Positions 34,701 through 47,512 of a DNA stretch of 64,000 nucleotides are shown piece after piece (position 1 is the stretch's first letter; the number at the start of each line of letters is the position of its first letter). Source of the DNA: Phoronis australis (lineage: Eukaryota > Animalia > Phoronida). The notes under the pieces are model-generated. The model was not told where the DNA came from, ran no database searches, and saw nothing but the letters and a program-made list of their open reading frames with translations. The position numbers and the translations under genes were made by a program. Location: NCBI GenBank assembly GCA_002633005.1, contig NMRA01000498.1:259329-323328 (forward strand), written 5' to 3'.

Positions 34701-37700
34701 CTAAATCTTTCTTGTGATGGACGTTGGATTTATAGCTGCTTTAAACTCGCTGCGGGAGGGCCTTCCCCTATACAGTGCCAGTTGGATGTACCATCCACGG
34801 ACAAACCAGAAAAATGGGAACCCCACCGAAAACTCCAAAATCATGAGAGTAGCAAAACTATCTTTCTTGATGTAACTTTAGATAAATACAGCTCTTGCAG
34901 GTTTTGAATTCTATAACTGCAACATTTATCCCGAAAGGTACCATTAACGTGGCATTATCTGCGAGAAAAAAGTATTCTGAGGTCAGCCCTACGGAGGAGC
35001 CATTACTTCAGCGGGCGCAGTCCATCGCTTTGCTGGTGTAAGTTAAAGATGCTATTAGGTCTCATTAAATTGTGAATATGCAAATGAAGTACTAGTTTAC
35101 AAACAACCCCGGGTCTTCCGGTGTGCCCGAAACCATCCGATAATCAGTTACCATTACAATATCGCGAAAGCCTCCTTTTGCGAGATTATTTTTATCTAAA
35201 TGAGCATGGTAATATTGCATCATTACCCTAATGAACACTCGATTTTAAGTGAATTAGTTGTGGTGTTTGCTTTAAAACCGCAATTTATTTACAAATTGTT
35301 TCTTTTCCTGATTATACTTGTACACGCAGTTCTCCAGCAAGTCACTAGGTGGCGCTTGATGCAAATTTGAATATTCACGGTTTTAATGAGACACAGCACC
35401 TTTAATATCCTCTCCACAACTTGCAGAACAGCGATAAAATGACAAGAACAGACTGATATGTAGCTCCAATGAAAGTTTATCATTTCAAGTAGTCTATCCC
35501 ATCCGACAATAATCTCAAAAAATCGTTTTTAGTCAGAAAACCTGTTATGCTTCTTAACTCGTTAGAAATGAACATAAGCGTAACATTACGTGTTCGTTTA
35601 TAACATGGCGGATGTTCCGGGGAAGCGAAGTACTTCATACTTCAGTGAAAGTCTTCGTTCATTCCAACATTCAATCATAAAAAACGTGAAACTGTCTGAT
35701 GATACGGTTAGAACAGAAAAGTGTGTTTAGCGACACTTCATGTTGGATATCCTTTCAATTCCGCCTAATTACGAGTAAGTGACCGATCTTACACTGTTTA
35801 AACTATGTGTGGTTAACCAAAACTTGGTGGTAATACCATCTTATATTCTGGCACTATCTCAATACCATCATATTTCATGCAGTTTGTGTTATAATAAAAT
35901 GAATCGGAATTTTAAAACTACAGTGTATTGCAATTAATTTCCCATCATTTTATCAAGTGCTTGAATTTTTAATTTCGCTATTCCAATTTGTTATTGCGTA
36001 TTCTTCTGTGATCATCACTGTTTTATTTATTTATTTATAAATGAATTTTACTATATTTTGCTGATCCTAGACAATCTAACAAAAACGAACTCTGAACTAA
36101 TGAGGTGTTAAAATTTCTTATTTTGCGATACGCGTGTATAACAATTGTGTACGTTTCCTCGCTTGTAAGTTAATTATTCTAGATTTATGAGTTAGCTGAT
36201 TTTCAATAATCTACACGAAAAAATTGTTATATTTCGATTTGTACAGTTGTTTTCTATTCACCTTCATGTTTTGATTACATGTTTTAGAAATGATTGATGG
36301 TGTTTGAGGTGATATAACAAATCTCTTGGTCTATATTTTCATATATTTTGACCCATTCCGTATCAAGAATACCAGTAGTATGCCTATTACGACGGACAAT
36401 ACGTTACACAAATGTCGAGCATTGTTTTGGTTTGGCAATCGTTTCTTATAGATGCCAAGGCACCACTCGAGGGACAGTTGTACACGACTGTATATGACTG
36501 GCACGGTTAAGGTGAATGTGGCAACCTGAAGGCGTCCTTAACTCAATTCAGTTTCGTCATCAAACGGTGAGCTCAGAATCGCTTTAATGATGATAATTCA
36601 CACCTGATTTATTTTAAAGTTTAGACAGAGTGTCACTGCGTCCTTTTGGTCTAACGCGTCATAGATATAACGTTAAAGAGGAATGAGAAATTGCTTGAGG
36701 CTGCTCAGTGAACTCGTCGCCTGCTAAAAAGACCCAATATTAATTTAGACCACCTAACCGTGATAAAACAGATCTCAAGTTAGCGTTTATTTACTCAGGT
36801 AAATAACCGGCAATGTATGAGCATGGGAAGAACTGACGCTAGAGGTCGTTATTGTTTGGAACCATGCTCGGCTTATAAAGTGACCCACTGTGATAAGCCG
36901 CGTTGTGGACCTGGCTTAAGGCCAGAAACTACTTCAAATCAGAGTAATGCACAAGCTGAGACCAGTTTTATGACGTTATACCAAAAACTATTTTTGACAG
37001 AAGGCGGATGTATAGCGGCTTCAACGAAGACTTTATAAGCGCGGGACGTGACGAGATACGATTTGTTACAGGATACGCAACACTCAAAAATGTTTTATTA
37101 GTTATTCATAAAATTAATCATAATATATGAACGAATATTTAGCAGCGCTAATGTTGTAATCATACCCCGAGAACTGTCTCAGAAACTTCACACCGCCGTC
37201 TTAAATTGCTGATACTTTCACAGAATGAGGGAAAAATCGAGTAAAAATCTCTGATGAAACAATACATCTTTTTAGTTGTTGCTTCTCAAATTATCTGCTA
37301 ATGATGTAACAGGGAAAATCTAGTGCATACATCAGCATTACCGAGTATGGATATTAAATACGACATGATCTCTTCAAGTATCGTAAAGGTTTCTTCAATT
37401 ATCTTCAAGTATTTGAAAGTAATTAAAATTATAGATAAACAGGATGCACAAACGAGTCCGTTGTTAAATTTAAATGATAACAAAATCAAATAATTTATGA
37501 TTAGATGAACCGTTTCCTCAGTAAAAGAGGGAAAAATCAATTGACAATGCGCTGAAGACCAAAATAAATACTTCATTTTTTTAGAGTAGTTAGCCGTTAA
37601 AAATAATAACGGTAATCAAAGCAATATAAACTTTCAAAATAGCGAATTCAATTTAGCGATGAATTGCCAGAAATCAAAAGCAACCTGGCCTCATGGTCAA

Positions 37701-38389
37701 AATGAATTCTTACTTCCTTGTTAGGCTCTGACTAAAAGGATATTATCGTTCTTACGGTCGAAAGACGCATAATTTGGGATTACGTCTGGATGAGATGGAA
37801 TTATTGAAGTTATTATCTTTGACTGAAGGTATAAAATTATAAGATCTGTAGTGATTTTTGTGAGTTCATCGCCAAATCAAAATGTTTCTTGAACTATCTT
37901 GAAATACTTTAAATGTTTGCCCGGGCAACTATATGCGAGAGACAAATTAGGCGAAGCGTAGCATTTCCACAAATTAAATGAAAAGTGGTGTATTTGCTCA
38001 GCCTAAAATGCAGCAAATTAAGAACAGTTATGTAACTACTAATTCTAAAAGTAATCAACACAACTTCCGGTAGTTTTGTCGACAAGTTCATTTCTGAAAA
38101 TGACCACAAACAACCAACTAGCGCTTACGAATTTCGCTAAGTTGTGTCGCAGTCATGGAAAATCGCGATTTTAGGCTAAATCAACTCTCGGAGTCTGTTT
38201 CACGTGAAGTGACTTATGATTGAAATTTGGTCTAAAGCCCACCTTCACTTCAATGTTGCGTAATAAAGGTTTACCCAAACAATTACGAGAGGATCACATC
38301 GGGGAAACATAATTTACAGAATTTTTTCAGTAAGTAGCAGTTATGTGTGCCTTCTCAAAGACTTTGGATTTTTGTACTATGATATCTAA

Positions 38390-39040
38390 TCATTTTTCTG
38401 AAACTGCTGTGTGGAGCGCAAGACAAAACTTCCGACTTAAGTCATATGTCATTTGTTTTATGAAAAGTGAGTGAAGACTTAAGTTGGTTTTACGCTCCAA
38501 ATTCACGATTGCCGAAAAATTTTAGCCAGGTAATGATGAGTGCAGCACAATCTAGAAACAATTTCTATCAATCGTATCCCTAATTAACAGTTATGTGTAT
38601 TGTCATCAGAGAATTTGCACTTTCGATCAAGTGTTATTTTTCAGAAATTCTTGTGTGGTGCGCAAGACCAAGATTTAATCATAAGCCTTACGTAAGCTTT
38701 CATGAAATAGACTCCAGCCTCCCGTTCAGTAACGCTAGGATCTCGATAAAATGCAAGACTTCGCGAGATTACGTGAGATATTGTCGAGTATTTTAAATGA
38801 GAACACGTGACTTTGGCTAGATTTAAGTTCGGTCCTAGCTTAGGTCGTAGCGTTACTGAACAAACGCCTGGTCTACTTCACTGAAATTTTGACTTACGTT
38901 CACTCTTATCAAGTGGTTTTTTTTCAGAAACGCTGCACTTTTGCTGCGGTACTGTAAAATTATTTTTCAGAAACAGTAACGTGGAGCATAACAAGATGAA
39001 ATTTCTGACTTAGGCTTATGTCATTTTTGATGAAACGTAC
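38390..39040. repeat. Degenerate ~80-bp locally repeated unit (at least 3 copies)
   Basis: tttttc(t/a)gaaa...gtgg(a/t)gc...caag...gactta.g..tatgtcattt..atgaaa at ~38391, ~38635 and ~38961. Confidence 0.55.
38718..38867. mobile_element. PIF/Harbinger-like MITE (sister of 13497-13642)
   Basis: Imperfect TIRs gttcagtaacgcta / tagcgttactgaac, CWG flanks. Confidence 0.65.
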
Positions 39041-41479
39041 CCAGTTTCCATAATTTTAAGCACGTTGTGCATGAACAACAATGATCTCTTAACATACACA
39101 TGACGCGTAGCTAAAAGATTGATACCTGCGGGCTGAAAACCACATGTTTAAATTGCACATCTTTACCCTTCAGAGAATGCGTAAAAACCATTCGTCCAGT
39201 ATACACGATACTCAGCTGTTAAACCGCCAGCGACTCCCAAGAGACGCGTGGGCACATCCGTTAACGACACATGGTCGATTAGATGAGAAAATGAAACGAG
39301 GCTAGTATTTTTACGGCATATACTAAGTCACTTTTTGGTAACTACAAAAAGCGCACGAGCGAGCTGGTACCGTGTGATCATTCAAACTATATATTCGCTA
39401 AACCAAAAACATGGCCAGTCAAAGGAATTCATTTGAACTTGAATATGAGACAATGTTTGAATAAAGACAACAACTTTTCTAAAATGTAGCGACATGTTTT
39501 GGCGGTAAAACCTCCATCATTGTCAAGTTTTATTCTGAGAATGGATGCCAGGATAGCTACAGGTACAACACAGATAATTCCAAAACACGCAAAAATACCA
39601 GAACACGATTGGCTAGCAATCAACGAATCATAACTCAGTGTAACCAAATGTAAACGACTCATGGGAAACCTGTGCTACGTTTTAGAAAAATTGTTGTCTT
39701 TATAAAAACTTAAATCGTGTTTGTCAGTGCGAGATCTTTCAATATAAGACAATATTTTCAGTATAAATCATCGTAAAGAATACGATCGAAAAAAACATTA
39801 ATCAAATAGTCAATGGGCCAAATCAACTTGACACATTTCCGTACTATTTATGATCCGCGATTTAGCATATGACGTATCTTAAGAGTAAATATTTGAAAGA
39901 CGAAGTTTGGAAATCGGCCGTGACTGGTGTTGCTGACATTTTACTTACCCTCACAAATACCTGGTAACAGTTTGTCGCGTCCAACATAGAGTAGGTACGT
40001 GGAATTACGCATAGTAAAAGCACTGCGTGGCGACAGAATCAAAGCTTTTCCTCAAGAAGCAGTTTCCATTTTCAAATGGATGTAATGGCTATTAAATTAG
40101 TTGAATAATTATTTTAAGGACAACACCAAAGTAGTAATGGTGATGGTTCGAAAGTGGACACGACAGCGGAGACGAAATGGAGAGAGTCGCCGGGGGGGGG
40201 GGTTAGAATATGGCAACGACGGGAGAAGGAACAAAGTGGGTGGGGGTCCGAATATGGCACCGATCTGCGAGAGCCAAAGTGGAGGTAGTTGACATTCGGA
40301 AATTTGTACTAAAAATCGTACTCGAAATTACCTTTGACATTTTCCGTTCTATTTTTGTGGGAACTCAAGATAGGTTTTTGTTATTTTGTGTTCGTTTACA
40401 GACTGGTTCGCGTTGATGCCAAACCTAAATTTGATCGTGCTCCCAAAATTGTTTTTTGAAAATGAAAATTAATAAGAGAAGTTTTATTTGTCTTTCCATG
40501 GTTTATCTTCATTTATATTAATTACGTCACGATAATTACCTTCTTATGTTTGAGTAATTGTACATGATTTATATTAGTACAACTCATCATAAAAGCATAA
40601 AATCAGATTTTTATTTTATTTAAAGTTGATTATATTTGTACGAGTTACTTAAGGTACCTCATTGTTTGATCCAAACCTTGACAAAATTTCGATGTGCAAT
40701 CGCAATAGCCTTGTAAAATGTGGACGAGACGTGTGCTTAGACCACAATCAGAGAAGTCAAATGTTATGCAACATGTACTTTTGAAAATGCGCTAAAACAG
40801 TTGTCCCTTCCTGGTTGTCTCTTCCTGACAGTGCTGATAATGAGTTTCGCTTTGTCGTGTGTGGCGTATATTTTTGTTGACTGTTGTGCCAACTCGATAA
40901 GTCAGTGATCCATATGAAGTATATCATAAAGTAAATAGATTTAACTTAAGGCCCATGGCCTTATGTACTATTCATAAAGAAAAGAGTAGCGAAAGACACA
41001 ACCACCGAAGCAACAATAATGAAAGCAACTCTTAATACAGGGCGAACAACAAAAAACGTAAGCCTTCTGTTCACATACAAAAAATAAAGAACGAGGACAA
41101 AAACAATGAAGACAATGATGAAGTAGAAGTGACTTCATACTTACTAAGAGTCAGTGTAATTGCAAAGAATCGTCAATGAATCACACTGCAAACTGACAAG
41201 GTTACAAACGTTCTATCTTTGTACAGGTTGTTGTAACTGACGATGACTAAGCCAGAGCGACACTGTCTTAGTTATTCAGGTTTCCCATTGAAGGATTGCA
41301 TGGAAAAGAGATTGAACGAACACTTATTTCCCCCCTTTGCTGACTTCTATCTCATGGGGCTGTAGAAAAACTCAAAACGTTAAGAGGAAAAAATGACTCG
41401 CAACAACGCTCAAAGGGGGCGTGTCTTTACACATGATAAAGTGTTTCCTTAAAATGCACAAGTTCCGCCGTATTCTACC

Positions 41480-41525
41480 TGTTGATTACGTATATATAGG
41501 AGCATGTCACCGACTGTGTCAGTAT
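41480..41525 (+). promoter_or_regulatory. Core promoter of IL-17 copy 1 (TATA box plus initiator)
   Basis: tatatata at 41491-41498 and tcagt Inr at 41519-41523, ~30 nt downstream. Nearly invariant in copy 2. Confidence 0.7.
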
Positions 41526-41798
41526 TCACTTCGAGAGAACGCAAACCTACACGGTTTACTCATAGTAAGAATAGTGTATTAATTACCAACAGAGGCATTC
41601 ACTGTCTCCAACATTCGTCGCTCTATCCACCTAAACATGCAACTTTGATTGCTGGTCCTCGGCGGTGCTCTTGAAGAATCTCAGAACAGTTTGCGAAGAG
41701 TAATTTTTCAGCGCTGGTGAGCGGTAGTAGATCTTACTATAAAAGCAAAGATCGACCGTGGTAGGTTGTGCATGACACTCTGGCTTTCCACAGGCGCA

Positions 41799-41810
41799 AT
41801 GGACGTAAAA
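41799..41810 (+). CDS. IL17: IL-17-like gene copy 1, first coding exon (MDVK)
   Basis: ATG GAC GTA AAA|gtaagt. The phase-0 donor matches the phase-0 acceptor at 47513 and completes a signal peptide. ATG and donor are conserved in copy 2. Confidence 0.7.
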
Positions 41811-44800
41811 GTAAGTACTTCCCTTGGTTTTGACTTTTTTGATGTCTACAACGGTCAGTTGGGTACTTGCTCAAGACGTTTCGAGTACTGCACAGCTACA
41901 TGTATTATGTGACCATGTGTTCAAGATTAGTTGCTGCCGATTGTTGCTCATTGCAGCCAACGCCAGCACTCTAGAACTAGTCAAAAACATGAAATAAAAA
42001 CGGAACCTGCTTTGAAAAAGCCCTTGTCTCAAATTCTCCGCTTTCATGTAAGTAAATTTGCATGACAATGTTTTGTTAAACGGTTAGAAAGCAGGCGAGA
42101 AATGAAAGAGGGTTGCCATTGCCGCGGGAAAGTCAAACTTAACAACTGATTAAAGCCTAACTTCACAGGAATTTTGTTATTTTAGATGTATTGGGTTAAT
42201 CAGATAGTCCTAGCAAAGCCTTAGTAAACTAAGAAAACGCGAGTTCAATCACACAAATGAAAGTCCGTCAAATGACAAGTGAAGCTGCCTTTTCGTGCCG
42301 TGTTGCATCACCGCGAGTTCCCAGCACAAAACAACAAAATGACGACAACAGTTACATTAAAAACCGGCGATCGTCCGGATTTTAATCTCACTATGGCCCA
42401 AAAACTGATTTAAGTAACGATAGCAGTTGTTTTGAATAGGGGTCTGAATAGAACACCATTGCTTGCAGGTGTTATTCGCAGCTGTTTGAATTAAAAGGTG
42501 ATTCTCGCGGTGACGTAGACAAAAGCGAGCCAATACGCCTAACATTTACATGTTGTAATTTATGGCGCTAGTGGACTCTGAGCAATGCTCTTAACAGGCT
42601 GTAGGAACCAAATTTACATGCGTTATCGTCCACAATAGTCTTTAACACTTCTATAAAGTTTGGCTTTCGGGAAGAACGAACAGTTGCTCCGCGAATAGCT
42701 TGTGTAACGTCCAGGCGGTTCATTTTAAGCACCGAGCATGGTCATCAATTATCAGATTTTTCCAGTCTATTATAGCTTTATTGACAAGAAAGTTCATTGA
42801 AACATACAGACGATCAGGCCTACGGTGCAATGAAATTTGAAATTTTGGCTTTAGGCCTGAGAAATGTAGATTGAAAAAATCGTGATAGCGTCACATTATA
42901 TGTCCTACCTATTATCATAGAACTAGTTCTATGCTATTATGCGTTCCATACCATTACAAGAAATATTATGAGAATTTACGATGCGGTGAATCGAGATTGT
43001 CTTTTCCTTTTTGAAAGATTCTTCAACAGTTTAAGAGTAGCCAAGAGTTTCATCGATCTCAGGTGTTTGAGAAACAGAAAGTTGTGACGTCATGTTTATG
43101 CAGTTTAACTCGACAGTACATTCACCCGAGTACACAAGCTAATACTATGTACTTAGGAATCTAAAGTCAATAAATTATCAAGTTTTTCATTTTCTCTAAA
43201 CACAGCAACAACTGTGTAAAATGTGGCCAGGTCAGGCGTACCATAAGATAAGTTGTAATCTATTCTGTTTGTTTAATCATCCAATTTTGTGTTTCGAGAT
43301 CGTTTTTATCTTATTTACCGTTAATATACATATTTCATTGATCAAAGTCGTGTCTTCAATGAAATATCTATACGAGAAAGATTACTGCCAAATTATAGTA
43401 TTTACCGTTAAGAAAACATTTTTCATTTTTCGCTCACACTTTTAACACACGGTAGTTTTAGGTGAAGAATTCGGTCAGAATGAAAATTCCAGAAGAATTG
43501 CCAGGCATATATAAATTGACTCTGTCAGCTCAACTTCAATTGGCAGTCACATAATAATGTTTAATAACAAAAAGCACAGTACATCTATCCTTTTGGAACA
43601 ACTTACGCGAACTGTTCTTCCGACGTTGCAAAAACACTCGATTCGGTTTACGAGACGATTTAAAGCTGTCTGAGTTAATTCGAAAACTACACAGCGTCAT
43701 AACTTTTTTCTATCATCTAATCGTAACATTGGAATGTTTTTCGTCAGAAACAAGCACTGATGAGACAAATGTTTTGTAACAGAGTACGATTCTTGGTAAT
43801 AGGTTGTCATCAGTTTTGAACGTTTCATATTTTATTTAATTTGTAAATAAATCCCTTTGAAAATTACTGGAAATTGTGCACGTATCAGGGTGGAGTTTGT
43901 TTACCAAGATTTATTCGTGAAAACCGTGTCTTGGTAAAGTCGGGAGTTATGGAATTGTCTGGTTTTCAAGTCCATTACTGTTACCGTATAATGCATTATT
44001 CATCGGCTCAGGGTGGTTGTCATGACGAGCTAAATTAGCTTCCAAATTAATTATCTACAAGTCATGTCCGTATAAACGTTACAATCAGCCAGTCATTGAT
44101 ACTTCCAATAAAAGCCTCTTTACGAGTGAAGTGTACAATCCTTGACCTAAACTACAGTTGAGGGCATTTTGCCAGTGAGCAAACAAAATTGGCAATAAGT
44201 ATATTTACAATTATATTTTCAGTTCTGTTGAAAACTGAACATATTTAAAATTATCCGTTTTTTACTAATACTGATTTAAATTCTTTACGAAGACTAAACC
44301 ACTTAATTGACTATTGAAATAAAGCCTGTCAGTGCTAGACATCATTAAGAACCGTTTCCGAAATTTCAAAACGAAGGTGTCCAGAGTTTTAAGTTTCTGC
44401 GTTAACGGGAAAGGGTTTCCGAGATAAAACATTAACAATAACAACAAGCCGCCATCTTTGAAAAGAAAATCTGTACCGACACGGAGACTGAAAAAAAAAA
44501 CCCATTACCACTCGTATGGTTCAACCGTAGTTCATTAATTCACTTATGTGTTACAGTATCGCACGTATGTTTGGGTCAGTGACTTATTGTCAAGAAATTC
44601 CTTTAGTCCCAAGGCACTCATATGTGACTATTCAGCGTATATATGGTATCACAGCAAACTAAAATACACCAGTCCACCTCACAAGTCCATCTGTATGGTG
44701 ACGTACTATAGTTTGCTGTGGAATCAGTTATTCGTTGTATAATCACTGACAATGCTTGACTGAATTTCCAGCGAAACGTCTGACAGCGTATAGATGTATA

Positions 44801-47512
44801 CATATCTAAACGTGAATGTTGTAGTGAAAATATTTGTTGTTTCATTTCTATCAATGTTATGGCCACCTGATATTGAATGTATAGCTTCAAGTAAACTCAC
44901 AATGTAAGTGGGCAAAATTTCTGCTGTTTATCTAATTTTTACTAACTTTTGAAAATTCGTCAGAGTATCCTTTTTATTAAAACGACCAAGGATAATGGCC
45001 TAAGCTACCTAAATAATAGTCGTTTTTGCACTTGTTTGGACATTACACACTCACAACAGCATTTTCTGATCTTTTATCATTACATTTTTAAAATCTGCAA
45101 ATTATAGGTATTGGCAGCAGCGCCAATACTACTACTAAACCTAAAGATAACTCGTTCCAGGAATTAACTTGTCTTAAGGTAACTCGTGTTCTGACGGCAG
45201 TTAAGTGGGAATGAAATTAAGCTACAAAAAGCAGTCATAAAGTGTAGGGTATTTGAAGGGTACGATTTTGAATCAAAACACGAATGCATTCTTGATTTAA
45301 AATGTTCATGCAATAGAGAAAAAGACATTTCACGACAAAAAACGTGGAAGCACTTGAACTAAGCTTGTCCATGTTTTGAAATAATTGAAACAACGTACTA
45401 GTCGTAAAGATAATACTCACAACGCGGAAATAGTTCCGGAAACATTTCAACGAAAATGTCGACACGGTTAGTGCAGCAATTGGATGAACTGCTGAGCACT
45501 CGTCCACCCTGCGCAGACTGTGACGTGCTATTAGTAACGGTCAGTCTCCACTGAGTGCGATAAGAACCCGTTTACCACACTTAAAAACGATAACCTTTGA
45601 CATCATCAAGGCAAAACAAATATCCCCATACCCGGAAATAATAAAATCAAGGGCATGAGGGTCAACGACACTAAAATTCTTTGCAGAAGTCCCCCTTGAT
45701 CAAATGAAAGTGAACACATTGTAGTAAAAACTGCATTCAAATAAGTTGTCTATAGGGTTGATATTACATAATCATATCGTCGTATCATCGTTAAAATGAC
45801 CAACTTCAAAATTATTCATAATTTCAAGATCGGAAAATAGTCAAGAGGCTTGGCCAGTGTCGTTCAAGCAAACAAAACATGGACCACTAGAAAGACCACG
45901 GCAGTAATCCAAGTTTGAAACTGAGGAAAAGCACGGGTCTGTAAGAAATACGGCAATTTTCATTTTATTTTAAAAGTCAGAAGCCCAGTTTTCCGAGTAT
46001 TTTGAATTTCTTTTTCAGGGCGTTGTATTCTAAAGTCAGCCGTTCATATTTTTTCCAAAAATCCAATATTTATATTGAATAAAATTGAATCTTTATTTTC
46101 CACTGCTGCCTCATTTCTTTAAAGGTGCCATTTATAAGTCAAATTATTATGCGACTTGCTTGAGACATCTGTTGATTTCATTTGCATAACGTGTACTTTA
46201 AAAGGCAAAAGTCAACTTTCGTGGTATTGCTGGTTAATCAAAAAACTAACATTTTAGTTGTTGCGAAGTCGTGATTAATAACATTGTTTTTAGCTAAGTC
46301 GTGATTAATAATTATGTTATCGTAGGTACATATCAAAAACCAACTTTAAACCAAGCGTGTTGCTATCATCATGCTGGCCCATTTATCATAGTGACCGTAA
46401 AGCTGAGAAACAAAGTGCAAGATATGCTTATTAGCATTTCTAAAATGCCAAATGTACATCCAGGGTATATCGTCAGAAATAGCAGAAATGCATTACAATT
46501 TATGTTATCATTTTTTCGCAAAATATGTACTGGACGCAGAGTATTGCTATGAAATACCCGTGATATTTTAATGTACCGCACCAGATAACCAAGAATATGC
46601 TTAGCCCAATTGAAAGCGGCTACAAATACGAGTTCCATCCAGGAAACGAACTTGTGATTTAGACCACACCTTACCGCTTTAGAATTGACCTCGGCTTGTC
46701 CCTTACTCGGATAAGAAGCAATTTATCGGTTTGCAAAGAACAAGACAGTTCGTTATTGACTTTGACCATGAACACGCCGTAACAACCAAAAGCCTCAACC
46801 AACAACTACTTCCTCTGAAGTCCCAAATCATCTCAAATTTAATTCTGGAGTAACAATTTGAGACTAATTTATTTCGTAGCAATAAATGGTCTAAATCAAT
46901 CGTTGCTTTTCATAATGGAAGAGGACGTTGCCTATAGTAGCCTAAAACTCACCTCAAGGCGTAACAACTAAATGAATTATCCGCTATTGACGTGTGTCAC
47001 GCCTGGCGTAAGCTGCCAGCTCAGCCACGATTGTAACTAGTGCTTGCAATTGTTAGCTTGCAGTTCTCCGTCATCACTGTCTCTTGGCTAACGCCACCAC
47101 CTTTCATGTTCTAGGTGATGAATATAACTCGGAACAGTTTTATCGCACTTTCCACCAAGTCAATCCTCTACATGTCTAAATTGCTATGAACCCGCTGAAG
47201 TTGTAAAAAGATAAGTTTAAAATCTGAAGGCTTGCTATTGTAAAATTGTTCTTCTTTGCTCACTCAAGTTAGAAGTGATTTCCTGGCAAGGGAAGGCATG
47301 TCATATCGTTACAAAGACCACACTCTGTAGGTTGACTTGAATCGGCAGATTGACCAGGAGCAATGGCAGCTTTTTCTGAGCTAACAGGAGAAAGGGACAA
47401 ATTGAGATTAATTTCATAAATTGGTCTAATGGTAGTCTTTTGAAAGACTGGCTTGCAGCACTAAGTGCAATTTGATGGCAGAATATTGAACACTGAAACT
47501 CTTCTGTTGTAG

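Larger units (their letters stand above)
39203..44470 (+). repeat. Segmental duplication copy 1 (IL-17 upstream region, promoter, start exon and 5' part of the intron)
   Basis: Colinear similarity with 58296-63970, from acacgatactcagctgttaaaccgcc to ~gccatctttgaaaa. Confidence 0.95.

Noticed and set aside
34772-34795. TVPVGCT peptide resembling the IL-17 C-terminal V.VGCTC motif
   Set aside because: Lacks the final Cys, has an in-frame stop shortly upstream and no other knot motifs. Likely chance.
39429-39662. Minus-strand ORF nearly identical to ORF 58480-58701 (ILRIKLDN.GGFTAKTCRY...)
   Set aside because: Explained by the non-coding segmental duplication. Starts, stops and a 2-nt indel differ between the copies.
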